Shown here one piece after another: positions 29,001 through 39,784 of a stretch of DNA of 64,000 bases. A program made the translations under genes and the position numbers. The stretch's first letter is position 1. The number at the start of each line of letters is the position of its first letter. A model generated the notes under the pieces. The model had not been told where the DNA came from, did no database searches, and saw only the letters and a program-made list of their open reading frames with translations. This stretch comes from Macrostomum lignano (lineage: Eukaryota). The stretch lies in NCBI GenBank assembly GCA_002269645.1, contig NIVC01002158.1, forward strand, positions 134,101-198,100, in the 5' to 3' direction.

Positions 29001-32000
29001 TCCTATCTAAAAAAACATTAAACCTGATCTAAATAATGATGGCCTACCTTTAATGGTAGGCCATTCCATTAATGGCCTACCCAAATTTTAACCTGCATAA
29101 AGTTAATAGAACTTAATAATAATGCATGGGCTAGGCCCTACTACTGCTAAATAAACATAGACCTATAGTTGGTTTAAATAAAAACCTTGGTCTATACTCT
29201 AGGCCTTACTATATAGGCCCCACTATTTAACTTAATGCATAAAGTTTGATGTTGCCATTTTAATGCCTCTAGGAGCCAAGTTTAGATTTGCACTTAATCA
29301 AAAGTTTTGGTCAATGTAAAGATATATTAATTTATTAAATTACGCCTAGGCTGGGCCTCATTATAGCCAAACTGATTATCTATCTGACTAGGGGGCCTAT
29401 CTCTAAAACATCACAAAATGAGCCATGAGTGTAAACTGAAAATAGTAGGCCCTAAACAAACTTACCGATGCCAATAAATAGACTGACTTGCCATAGCTGG
29501 GTTTGTTGAGTTTAACCTGACTATAGGAGCATAATCACCAACTGGTTCGTTTTCATTTCTAAGATCAGGAAATGAAGCCTGGGGCTGAGCTTGGTCTCTT
29601 TCCTCGTCTACTTGCTGGGTTGATTTAGCGGACTATAAACAAACAATGGCTAGAAAGCCAGGAGTTTCAAATGAGAAAATTGGCACTGGCATCTTTTTGC
29701 TATTACTAGTTTTTATATTGTTAAAATTAAAATTACCTCATATAGCTAGAGAGCTTTTAAGCGATGGTAGAGAGAACAGACCACGCACGAGTTTCAATCT
29801 ACACGTAGTTCATGATGAATATTGTTCAGGAAAAAACTATTATACCGTATCAAACAAATGTAGCATACATATTTACCAACACTATGTTACTTTAAAATCA
29901 AACTATTTTGAAGAATATAATTATTTCTATTGTTTGTAGAAGTAACTTTTACAAAAAAGCTGGAAAAGATAAACTATTTCTTACTTTTTAAATTAATTGT
30001 TGATTGATAACATCGAAGCAGCGTGACAGCAATATAACAACATCAACGTTGATAAGAATTTTACAAGCGTCAACATGCCAATGTTGCAGCAACCTAATAT
30101 GGCACTAGGGGCAGCTTCTCCCAGATCCCAGATCCCCATAGACAGCAGCTACTCCCAAATCCCAGATCCCCATAGACTGAGCAGCTTCTCCCAGATCCCA
30201 GATCCCCATAGACTAGGCAGCTTATCCCAGATCCCCATAAACTGAGCAAATTGTCTTTAATTAGTTTCAGTTCAAGTTCGCCGAACTCCAAATGATGCCA
30301 TAAAGTAGTGGACCAATTGTTGGCTCAACAGATGCCAATAAAATGCGGTCAAAATCTTTATTAGAAACTCTGAAAACCTTCATGGTTTCAAAACTCTGTT
30401 GATGTATGTATAATTTAAAATACTCATTTCATTCACCCAACCGCTCCCATTGCGCAGTACCTGTCCAACCCAGACGAACGGCTTCGCTGGACGTCAAACG
30501 CTCTGCCTTCCGACGACCTGTGCACAGAGAACGCAATCATTCTGAAGCGATTCAACCGCTACCCGCTCATCGTTGACCCGTCTGGCCAGGCCACCGAGTT
30601 CATCACCAACGAGTACAAGGGCAAGAAGATCACCCGGACCAGCTTCCTTGATGATTCGTTCCGCAAGACACTGGAATCCGCTCTGCGTTTCGGCACACCT
30701 CTGCTTGTGCAGGATGTGGAGAGCTACGATCCCATACTCAATCCTGTGCTCAATAGGGAGGTCCGGCGTACCGGCGGCCGCACCCTCATGACGCTTGGAG
30801 ACCAGGTATGATGCTCGGGTCATGTACACTATCCACCGGGACTCGCTGACCAATGTGACTACCTTGACCTCCCTGACCTATCAGCTTTGACTACATTGAT
30901 CCACTGACTTTGACCTCCTTGACCTATCAACTTTGACTACCTTGACCCACCGACTTTGACCTCCTTGACCTATCAGGTTTGACTACCTTGACCCACCGAC
31001 TTTGACCTCCTTGACCTATCAGGTTTGACTACCTTGACCCACCGACTTTGACCTCCTTGACCTATCAACTTTGACTACCTTGACCCACCGACTTTGACCT
31101 CCTTGACCTATCAGGTTTGACTACCTTGACCCACCGACTTTGACCTCCTTGACCTATCAGGTTTGACTACCTTGACCCACCGACTTTGACCTCCTTGACC
31201 TATCAGCTTCGACTACCTTGACCCACCGGCTTTGACATCCTTGACCTATCAGCTTTGACCTCCTTGACCTATCAGCTTTGACCCCCTTGACCCATCTACT
31301 TAAACCAACTTGACCCAGGCGAGTATTTAAAATTTCATTTCTAAATATTTCTGCAGCTGTCTAAATCAATGAATCGACCCAATTTCGCAGGACATCGACC
31401 TGTCGCCAACCTTCACTATTTTCCTATCAACCCGCGATCCGTCCGTGGACTTCTCGCCGGACCTGTGCTCTCGCGTCACATTCGTCAATTTCACAGTGAC
31501 GCGCAGTTCGCTGCAGAACCAGTGCCTCAATGCAGTGCTGCAGGCTGAGCGGCCGGATGTTGACAAGAAACGGGGCGACCTGCTGCGCATGCAGGGCGAG
31601 TTCCAGGCTAGGCTGCGCCAGCTCGAGCAGGAGCTGCTCAGGGCGCTCAGCGCCGCCCAGGGCAACATTCTTAACGATGACGCCATCATCACCCAGCTGG
31701 AGACGCTTAAGAAGGAGGCTGCCGAGGTGTCGGCCAAGGCTGCTGAGGCCGACCAGGTGAGGCCAATCGGCATTTCGAGCCCAGCAACTGGGGATCTGAG
31801 AGGCTGGCCCAGCAACTGGGGATCTGAGGGGCTGGTGGCCCAGCAACTGGGAATCTGAGAGGCTGGTGCCCCAGCAACTGGGGATCTGAGAGGCTGGTGG
31901 CCCAGCAACTGGGGATCTGAGAGGCTGGTGGCCCAGCAACTGAGAATCTGGGAGGCTGTCCCAGAAACTAAGGATGTGGGAGGCTGGCCCAGCAACTAAG

Positions 32001-35000
32001 GATCTGAGAGGCTGGTGGCCTAGCAACTGAGGATCTGGGAGGCTGTCCCAGAAATGAGGATCTGGGAGGCTATTGGTGCTACAGCAACAGAGTTAGTGCC
32101 TTTAATAAGTTCTTTTCTATAATTATACTCACAACATTTTTTGAATTTCACAGGTGATGGAGGAGGTGGAGAACGTCAGCCGGCAATACCAGCCCCTGGC
32201 CCAGAGCTGCTCAGCTATCTTCTTCACTCTGGAAGGACTCAGCCAGCTGCACTCACTGTACCACTACTCTCTGCAGTTCTTCCTGTCAATGTTTAACGCC
32301 GCTCTGCACACGCAGGACCTGTCTGGCCTGACGGAGCCTTCCAAACGACTGGAGGTCATCACCGGTGCGCTGTTCCGCGTCACCTTCACCCGGGTTGGCC
32401 GCGGCATGCTGCAGCAGGTGAGCTAGCAGTAGTAGTAGTAGTAGTAGTAGTAGTAGTTTTAGCAGTATCAGTAGTAGTAGTAGTAGTTTTAGCAGTATCA
32501 GTAGTAGTAGTAGTAGTTTTAGCAGTATCAGTAGTAGTAGTAGTAGTTTTAGCAGCATTAGTAGTAGTAGTAGTAGTTTTAGCAGCATCAGTAGTAGTAG
32601 TAGTAGTTTTAGCAGCATCAGTAGTAGTAGTAGTAGTTTTAGCAGTATCAGTAGTAGTAGTAGTAGTTTTAGCAGTATCAGTAGTAGTAGTAGTAGTTTT
32701 AGCAGTATCAGTAGTAGTAGTAGTAGTTTTAGCAGTATCAGTAGTAGTAGTAGTAGTTTTAGCAGTATCAGTAGTAGTAGTAGTAGTTTTAGCAGCATCA
32801 GTAGTAGTAGTAGTAGTTTTAGCAGCATCAGTAGTAGTAGTAGTAGTTTTAGCAGCATCAGTAGTAGTAGTAGTAGTTTTAGCAGTATCAGTAGTAGTAG
32901 TAGTTTTAGCAGTATCAGTAGTAGTAGTAGTAGTTTTAGCAGTATCAGTAGTAGTAGTAGTAGTTTTAGCAGTATCAGTAGTAGTAGTAGTTTTAGCATT
33001 ATCAGTAGTAGTAGTAGTAGTTTTAGCAGTATCAGTAGTAGTAGTAGTAGTTTTAGCAGTATCAGTAGTAGTAGTAGTAGTTTTAGCAGTATCAGTAGTA
33101 GTAGTAGTAGTTTTAGCAGTATCAGTAGTAGTAGTAGTTTTAGCAGTATCAGTAGTAGTAGTAGTAGTTTTAGCAGCATCAGTAGTAGTAGTAGTAGTTT
33201 TAGCAGCATCAGTAGTAGTAGTAGTAGTTTTAGCAGCATCAGTAGTAGTAGTAGTAGTTTTAGCAGTATCAGTAGTAGTAGTAGTTTTAGCAGTATCAGT
33301 AGTAGTAGTAGTAGTTTTAGCAGTATCAGTAGTAGTAGTAGTAGTTTTAGCAGTATCAGTAGTAGTAGTAGTTTTAGCAGTATCAGTAGTAGTAGTAGTT
33401 TTAGCAGTATCAGTAGTAGTAGTAGTAGTTTTAGCAGTATCAGTAGTAGTAGTAGTAGTTTTAGCAGTATCAGTAGTAGTAGTAGTAGTTTTAGCAGTAT
33501 CAGTAGTAGTAGTAGTTTTAGCATTATCAGTAGTAGTAGTAGTAGTAGTAGTACAATAGTAGCAGCAGTAACAGAGTATTAGTAGCAGAGCATACCGTGT
33601 TCAGCTATCAGCTCAATTGGCAGAACTCCTTCCCCTTTCGCTGGCAACTATTTATATATTAATCACCAAGTCATGATAAGTAGTAAAGAGCGAGCATGGT
33701 TTCACTCCCTCTCTCGCACAACCAGGACCAAATCTCCCTGGCGGTGCTGCTCGCCCGTATCTACCTGCGCTCTAGCAGCACTCCGTTCGATGCCGAGTTC
33801 CAGCACTTCCTCCGGTCCCAGATTGTCACCGGCGCCCAGGAGCTGGACACCGCCAAGGCGGCTAACAAACTGGCCGAGCTGGCCTGCTTCAAGAACCTGC
33901 CCGGTCTAGTGGCTAAGAATGACGAATTCTCAGCCTGGGTTAACCAGGTCAGCCCGGAGATCTCCGTGCCGAAACTCTGGCAGGCTCCGTCTGCTGCCGA
34001 GGAGGAGCGCGGCCAAGCCATCTACAGCCTGCTGCTTGTGCAGGCCTTCCGGCCAGATCGGCTGCTGGCTGCCGCACATCACTTCGTTGCCGCTCTGCTG
34101 TCCGAGGACTTCCTGCAGGTTTGGATTACGCTGAATTATAGCGTTTTCATTGATTGACACTCCACCATGTAGCAATACTTTTGTTTGACTTGAGTCTACG
34201 ACACTGGTATAATAGAGAAGCGACTAAAGCTCACGCGCAGTTGCGAGAGTCGTCTCTCACTGACTGACTCGATTGCGAAGCTATCACGCCTCAATCGTTA
34301 TAAAACAATCCGACTGACACTCAGTCGCCCCGGAGTCACCTGAGTCGCCCCTCACTCATTTGGGTCACAGTCTAAGATACTACTGAGCTGCAGTAGTGTG
34401 AGTAGCTAGTGTATTAAATGAGATTCCATGCAGTCCACAGACAGCTCCCAGTCAGCCTGCATTGTTAAATTGGCTGTCTGAGGCGTTCCCTAGCTGTGGC
34501 AGATAAAGCTTAAAGGAAGCTGGGCTGACTTTTTCTATGCTGCTCTGCGTATCACTGACCCCAGTGCGCCCTGCAGTACGCTGAGACAGCCACATGCACT
34601 GACTAATGCGACGCTATCACGCCTCAATCGTTATAGAACTATCCGATAGTCGCCGCAGAGTCGTTAGACCATTCCTTAGTCGTTAGACAGAGTTGGTTAA
34701 GTCGCATATGATCACTTGAGTCGCCTCAGAGTTTTGAGTCGCCTATGAGTCACTTGAGTCGCCTATGAGTCACTTGAGTCGCCTATGAGTCACTTGAGTC
34801 GCCTATGAGTCACTTGAGTCGCCTATGAGTCACTTGAGTCGCCTATGAGTCACTTGAGTCGCCCCAGAGTCACTTAAGTCGCCTCAGAGTCCCATCTTTC
34901 ATATTTATCCATAATTTTCTCCCCCAGAGCTGCCAAATCCTGGCCGGCGACTTGGCCAAATCCGTACTGGAGGAGGTGACCTCGGCCACTCCGCTGCTAA

Positions 35001-38000
35001 TCTGCTCACCGCCCGGCTACGACGCATCCGGCCGAGTTGAGGAGCTGGCCTCCGAGTGCGGAAAACAGCTCACTGGCATCGCCATCGGCTCCGCTGAAGG
35101 CTTTAGCGCGGCCGAGAAAGCCGTCAACTCCGGCGCCAAGACTGGCGGCTGGATCGCGCTCAAGAATGTACACCTGGCGCCGGCCTGGCTCGGCCAGCTG
35201 GAGAAACGCCTGCACACGCTGGCGCCGCATCCCAATTTCCGGCTGTTCCTCACCGCTGAGATCTCGCCTAAGCTGCCTACTAATATCATCCGCACCGCCA
35301 GGGTGTTCGTGTTCGAGCCGCCCGCTGGCCTGAAGGCGTCCCTGATGCGCACCCTCAGTGCCATACCGCCGCAGCGGATGTCCAAGGCACCCGCCGAGAG
35401 AAGTCGCCTGTACTTCCTGCTGGCCTGGTTCCACGCTGTTGTGCAGGTGAGTCGCTTTTGGTGTTTTTTCACTCTATCTGTTTCTTTGTTCTTCTGACTC
35501 TGACCACCTTGACCCACTGGATTCTGACTACCTGACCCACTGGACCCTGACCACCTGACCGAATGGACCCTGACCATCTGACCCACTGGACTCTGACCAC
35601 CTGACCCACTGGACTCTGACTACCGGACCCAATGGACCCTGACCACCTGACCGAATGGACCCTGACCACCTGACCCACTGGACTCTGACTACCGGACCCA
35701 ATGGACCCTGACCACCTGACCGAATGGACCCTGACCACCTGACCCACTGGACTCTGACTACCTGACCCAATAGACCCTGACTACCTGACCCACTGCACTC
35801 TGACCACATTGACCCATTGCACTCTGACCACCTTGACCCACATAAGTTAGCCCCCTTGACCCACGTAAGCTATCTCACCTTGACCCAGCAACTACGACAA
35901 CTTAAATCAATATCTATTCTAAAGCACCGACTTACAGTTTTACTATTAGCAGTAGTGTCATGAAAATGTTGAATTCGTTACAGCCCAATCTAAAAGAAGA
36001 TTTTGTTCCCGCCCTATCCAAACAGGAGCGCCTCCGCTACACTCCACTTGGCTGGGCCAAACGCTACGAGTTCAACGAGTCGGATTTGAAATGCGCCTGC
36101 GACACAATCGACACCTGGGTTGACGGAGCCGCCATGGGCCGCGCCAACCTGCCCCCAGACAAGATCCCGTGGGACGCGCTGCGCACCCTCATGTCGCAGT
36201 GCATCTACGGCGGCAAAATTGATAACGCCTTCGATGCCCGCCTGTTGCAGACGTTCCTTGAGTCTTTGTTCGACGCCGCTAGCTTTGACGGTGACAGGCC
36301 CATTGTAGAGCACGTCGACGGGGTCGAGGGCGGCCGCATCATGCCGCCTGAGGGCTCCAAGCGCAACGAGATTTTCGCCTGGATCAACAAGCTGCCAGAT
36401 ACGCAGACACCTTCCTGGCTTGGACTGCCGAATAATGCTGAGAAAGTGCTATTGAGGAACTTGGGTAAGCTGGCGTATGAGGTCTTTGTTTGTGATAGAG
36501 GCCTTGTTTGTACTAAATACCCATTAACGTGTTGTAGATCCCCGTACTCCCGTGTTCTAGACCCCCTTCCCCGTGCTCTAGCTCTTTTAGTTGTAATCTT
36601 GAAAAAAACAAAAGCTAGGCCACATTTTGCCCCTGGCCGGCACCGCGGCAGCTGCAGCTCCGCCCAGTGGCCGAGCGAGGCTTTCCTTCTGTGGCAGACG
36701 GTTGGCGGCCCTGTGCGGCATTTTTGCCTCAGAGACTCGCGGCCTGCGTGTCTGCGGCTGTCCGCTGCGGGGCTCACAGAGTCTCAGATACTACTGAGCT
36801 GCAGTAGTGTGAGTAGCTAGTGGGGCTGGGGCTCAGATCGCTCACAGAGTCTCAGATACTACTGAGCTGCAGTAGTGTGAGTAGCTAGTGGGGCTGGGGC
36901 TCAGATCGCTCACAGTCTCAGATACTACTGAGCTGCAGTAGTGTGAGTAGCTAGTGGGGCTGGGGCTCAGATCGCTCACAGTCTCAGATACTACTGAGCT
37001 GCAGTAGTGTGAGTAGCTAGTGGGGCTGGGGCTCAGATCGCTCACAGTCTCAGATACTACTGAGCTGCAGTAGTGTGAGTAGCTAGTGGGGCTGGGGCTC
37101 AGATCGCTCACAGAGTCTCATACTACTGAGCTGCAGTAATGTGAGTAACCAGTGCATAAAATTAGATTCAAATCCACAGACAGCTCCCAGTCAGCTTGCA
37201 TTGTTAAATTGGCTGTCTGAGGCGTTCCCTAGCTGTGGAAGATGAAGCTGAGGATGCTGGGCTGACTTTTTCTATGCTGCTCTGCGTATCACTGACCCCA
37301 GTGCGCTCTGCAGTACGCTGAGACAGCCACATTTTATTGTTTAATATGCGCCGTTTTTTGTATTTTAATTAAGTTTTGTCAAGATGCGCACTTACACTAA
37401 TTGAATTTTGTTCTGTACAGCGGCTCGACTTGTGAAAGACTTGCTGAAACTTGACCTGCTGGAGGAGGACGAGAAAGATGAAGGCGGTACAGTCACGCAT
37501 TCCTGTCTTATTCACAGTCTCTTTGGGATAATATGAAAACACCTTTATATATTTAAACTCAAGGTGGAGTTCGACTGGTTAAGCGGTTTTTCCTCTCATT
37601 ACCATATTTATACGATCCTATGTACTGTAGTTCTTAAGGAGTTTCATGGTAGGTAATGCAGTTTTTCTCCGTATGTTCCTTCTGAGGTGCGGTACAAGTT
37701 CTTTCGTCAAAAATCAATGCAATTGTACATACTATGTACACACTGGAAGGCAGTTTTTCCTCTGGTTTTAACATTGTTTTTCAAAAATTTGAATTCGCGC
37801 CAAAAAGTTTCTCAAGTAGTTTAACAAAAATTGTTTTAAATTTAAAACTTGATAAATCAATATTTGTTTTTTTCCTCTCTAAATAGCTATCACCTTTTTA
37901 TAATGTAAAACAAAAATCCAGACAGCGTAATTTTTGGCGCGAATTTGAATTACTGGTAAAAAAATTTGCGCCAATTTAAACTTTACTAACAAAAATAGTA

Positions 38001-38994
38001 AACCAAAAATCCATGTCAGTCTTGTGTTCTTCTTCCCCCTTTTAACTCAGGCCAAGAGATGCTGGGCAAGGTGATGCAGATGCAGCACGTTGAAGATGAC
38101 GAAGACCTGGTGGTCAGCGGTCGCCAGCGCACTATCAGCAACGCGGGCGACGCCAGGCCGGCCTGGATGCGGCAGCTGTGCAACCAGGCCAATGACTGGC
38201 TGGGCCAGCTGCCCAAGGATCTGCGCCGCATGGCCCGCACAGCCGAGAACATCAAGGATCCGCTGTTCCGCTGCTTCGAGCGCGAGGTCACCTCAGCTGC
38301 CAACCTGCTTGCCGCGGTGCGCAAAGATCTCAGCGAGGTGGCGGCAGTGTGCGCGGCGGAGCGCAAGCCGACAAATCATCACCGCAAGATGATGGCGGAC
38401 CTGCAGAAGAGCCTCATACCGGCTGGCTGGAAGAAGTACACAGTGCCAGCTGGGCTCACCGCCATCCAGTGGGTTGCCGACTTTGCCGAGCGGGTCCGGC
38501 AGATGGCTCGAATCTCTGATCTGGTTGCCAAGGGCGGCATTGAGTCGCTTCGCTTGGCTCCCGTGTGGCTTGGCGGCCTCTTCATGCCCGAGGCCTACAT
38601 CACCGCCACCAGGCAGACCGTTGCCCAGAGCAACCGCTGGGCCCTGGAGGAGCTCACTTTGGACGTGAAGGTCCGTCCAGCTGCTGACGGCCCGCCGCCC
38701 GATGCCAGCACCTTCGTGGTGCACGGCTTGCGTCTCATGGGAGCCGAGTGCGCCGACAACAAGCTCCGCCTGGTGAACAGCATCAGCAGCGAGCTGGCCC
38801 GCACCGAGATCTGCTGGGTGAGGCACGAGGCCTACAAGAAGCCGCCGCCGGAGAGCTCAGTCAGTCTGCCTGTGTACCTGAACTCCACCAGGGCTCAGCT
38901 GCTGTTCACCCTCACCTTCCCCACTGAGGAGCCGAACACGGCTACGCAGTTCTTTGAGCGGGGCGTGGCCGTCACCGCCTCTGTGCTGGGCTGA
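118..38994 (+). CDS. DYNC1H1: Cytoplasmic dynein-1 heavy chain, 5'-partial, spliced. Exons: 118-373, 2921-3580, 4269-11348, 12142-12465, 12925-13356, 13953-14523, [15298-15493 OR 15581-15776], 16339-16912, 30458-30805, 31391-31756, 32154-32417, 33726-34118, 34928-35446, 36026-36464, 38051-38994
   Basis: Four AAA P-loops ([32 protein letters not shown]). Tail motifs such as [23 protein letters not shown] and WLNLERAL. Stalk/[22 protein letters not shown]-terminal LPVYLNSTR...FFERGVA. GT-AG boundaries with consistent phases were read by eye at every junction. Confidence 0.97.
443..1933. mobile_element. Possible MITE-like element enclosing the 21-bp minisatellite
   Basis: Imperfect terminal inverted repeat cgggggcgtc (443) / gacgcccctg (1924-1933). 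No clear target-site duplication. Confidence 0.35.
525..1830. repeat. 21-bp minisatellite (gcaggcactcattttagcgcc), about 60 copies
   Basis: Direct tandem periodicity. The 7-aa repeat ORFs on both strands are by-products. Confidence 0.97.
11460..12060. repeat. About 22-bp degenerate minisatellite with higher-order structure, rich in CACGTG
   Basis: Units like ctttagatggtcacgtgatagcca in recurring multi-unit blocks. Confidence 0.9.
12516..12825. repeat. 29-bp minisatellite (gggaattactatatagtgctgatggatca)
   Basis: About 10 tandem copies. Confidence 0.93.
13430..13880. repeat. Bipartite minisatellite: about 38-bp units changing to 22-bp units (agtgtgaccagatccccatttc)
   Basis: Tandem periodicity with a unit switch near 13620. 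Confidence 0.9.
14605..15095. repeat. G/T-rich degenerate minisatellite (gggatgt / tttggga cores)
   Basis: Short-period tandem repeat in a DHC1 intron. Confidence 0.88.
15298..15493 (+). CDS. DYNC1H1: DHC1 alternative exon A (canonical-type microtubule-binding domain, N-terminal part)
   Basis: tatctAG|ct...ctcag|GTgag, 196 nt, phase 1 to 2. Encodes [65 protein letters not shown]. Confidence 0.9.
15581..15776 (+). CDS. DYNC1H1: DHC1 alternative exon B (second microtubule-binding-domain variant), mutually exclusive with A
   Basis: ctatccAG|cc...atgcc|GTaag, 196 nt, phase 1 to 2. Encodes [65 protein letters not shown], which is collinear with exon A. Absent from the supplied ORF track. Confidence 0.88.
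16965..17624. repeat. 29-bp minisatellite (gatccccatagactgggcagcttctccca), left part; continues at 30111-30245 after the transposon insertion
   Basis: The unit is broken at gggca|gcttctc by the insertion and resumes at about 30111. Confidence 0.93.
18751..21660 (-). CDS. Transposon accessory protein, DUF4806-like. Exons 21660-21453, 21157-20162, 19856-19612, 19420-19249, 19091-18751 (1962 nt including stop)
   Basis: All junctions GT-AG and in phase; total length divisible by 3. N-terminal [20 protein letters not shown] and C-terminal [18 protein letters not shown]...[12 protein letters not shown] motifs resemble the DUF4806-type partner gene of animal EnSpm elements (recalled). Confidence 0.72.
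20250..20765. repeat. 57-bp coding minisatellite ([19 protein letters not shown], about 9 copies) inside the accessory gene
   Basis: In-frame 19-codon repeat in exon 2. Confidence 0.92.
22160..24496 (-). CDS. CACTA/EnSpm-type DDE transposase. Exons 24496-24269 and 23994-22160; a further upstream exon probably ends at 26268; start not resolved
   Basis: Motifs [60 protein letters not shown]. Main exon has no stops. Upstream exon ([14 protein letters not shown]...) joins in phase 1 (gttg|gtaag ... tttag|gaaac). Confidence 0.88.
27490..28080. repeat. 18-bp minisatellite (cctctgcctcgactttat), with a 481-bp tandem duplication carrying a shorter array at 28425-28560
   Basis: About 32 copies. Unique block 28081-28424 recurs at 28562-28905. 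Confidence 0.95.
30860..31300. repeat. 46-bp minisatellite (gactttgacctccttgacctatcaggtttgactaccttgacccacc)
   Basis: Tandem copies in a DHC1 intron. Confidence 0.9.
31780..32070. repeat. About 30-bp minisatellite (cccagcaactggggatctgagaggctggtgg)
   Basis: Tandem copies just after the donor at 31757. Confidence 0.88.
32425..33575. repeat. (AGT)n-based compound repeat with an about 30-bp higher-order unit
   Basis: (agt)5-7 ttt agc agt atc units starting within about 10 nt of the donor. Confidence 0.95.
34435..34597 (+). ncRNA. H/ACA snoRNA-like copy 1 (predicted 28S guide, snR37/SNORA10-type site), in a DHC1 intron
   Basis: Hairpin CCACAG/CUGUGG, H box AGAUAA, hairpin GGCUG/CAGCC, then ACA plus 3 nt. 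Pocket strands CAGCU and CGUUCCCU. Confidence 0.72.
34730..34890. repeat. 20-bp minisatellite (gagtcacttgagtcgcctat)
   Basis: About 7 tandem copies. Confidence 0.9.
35495..35860. repeat. About 19-bp degenerate minisatellite (ctgaccacctgacccactggac)
   Basis: Tandem copies after the donor at 35447. Confidence 0.88.
36619..36781 (+). ncRNA. Diverged paralogue of the snoRNA-like family (type C); near-identical copies at 45640-45801 and 50227-50389
   Basis: Same length (about 163 nt), GCCACA/UGUGGC stem, gaggctttccttctgtggcaga versus gaggcgttccctagctgtggcaga, terminal ACA plus 3 nt. H-box position is AGACGG (non-canonical). Confidence 0.45.
36780..37140. repeat. About 64-66-bp tandem repeat with internal hairpin (tactactg-agctg-cagtagtg); second array at 50388-50835, single unit near 34370
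   Basis: Lies between a type C element and the downstream snoRNA-like copy. Confidence 0.9.
37174..37334 (+). ncRNA. H/ACA snoRNA-like copy 2, in the last DHC1 intron
   Basis: Same two-hairpin fold, H box AGAUGA, ACA plus 3 nt. Confidence 0.72.
37421..37536 (+). CDS. Candidate alternative DHC1 exon (66-nt cassette 37421-37486, or terminal exon reading to TGA 37534-37536)
   Basis: Branch-like cactaat and ttctgtacAG acceptor, phase 1. Encodes [21 protein letters not shown], which resembles [20 protein letters not shown] at the start of the last exon. Confidence 0.55.
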
Positions 38995-39784
38995 TTTTAA
39001 CTGACTAGTATGGATCACAATAATCATATTTATAACTCATCCTTATATATTAATAACAAAATACTAACTATTTAATCATAGATTCTTTAGCGCCATTTTC
39101 AAACCCAAAATTTCAAAATAATGGAAATTAAAAAAGCTGTTCGAAATTTTGTTTAAATTATACTCAAAATTTTATTTAACAAAAATCTATCAGCAATAAT
39201 CAGTTAATATAAATGAGATAGTATTAAACAAATTCGACTGCTTGATCCATTATTCTATTTATAATCAACTGTGTTGACCTATTTATTGCAATATTTATTA
39301 CTATATTTATTATCAATTTGGATATATTTATTTACCTACTAGTTTTGTTCGTTTGTGTTTTATTCTATCTAAGCACTCTCTCTAGAAGCGATGCTATTAA
39401 TCCCTCAATTTTTACGCTTATGGTCCTATTTCATAAACAGACAATTTATATTTAGATTAGACTACTATATCAAGCTACTTGAAGTAATATAGAACTGCAC
39501 CTGATTTTCTTGCGCGGTGTTGACTCGTATTTTTTATTATTCTCTCAAACTGAAAATACTTTATTGGAATTTTGGTTCTTTACTCTTACTACTTTACTAT
39601 ATTAATATCTATTGTCTACTGTTATTCAGGCTTTAACTAATAAAACTGTCATCAGTTTCTAGTAGATCTTCATCGCGGTGATTAGCGTCATTCAAGTCTG
39701 CGTTTGTCTTCAATATTATAATTCATTTTCTTGTATCTTGCACCTTAGCTAGCTGCATAGGTAGACTGAAACAACTAGAGCATA

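Larger units (their letters stand above)
17625..30111 (-). mobile_element. Outer CACTA/EnSpm (CMC-superfamily) element, non-autonomous, about 3.2 kb of its own sequence (17625-17815 plus 27104-30111)
   Basis: TIR cccctagtgcc (17625) / ggcactagggg (30101-30111). Duplication is CA (2 bp), or GCA (3 bp) if the right end is one G shorter. Subterminal aatgttg/caacatt repeats at both ends. Confidence 0.85.

Noticed and set aside
32286-33524. 412-aa poly-Leu ORF
   Set aside because: Antisense reading of the (AGT)n compound repeat.
36780-37140. CRISPR-like repeat array
   Set aside because: Eukaryotic context, no unique spacers and no cas genes. None of the arrays in the window has repeat-spacer structure.
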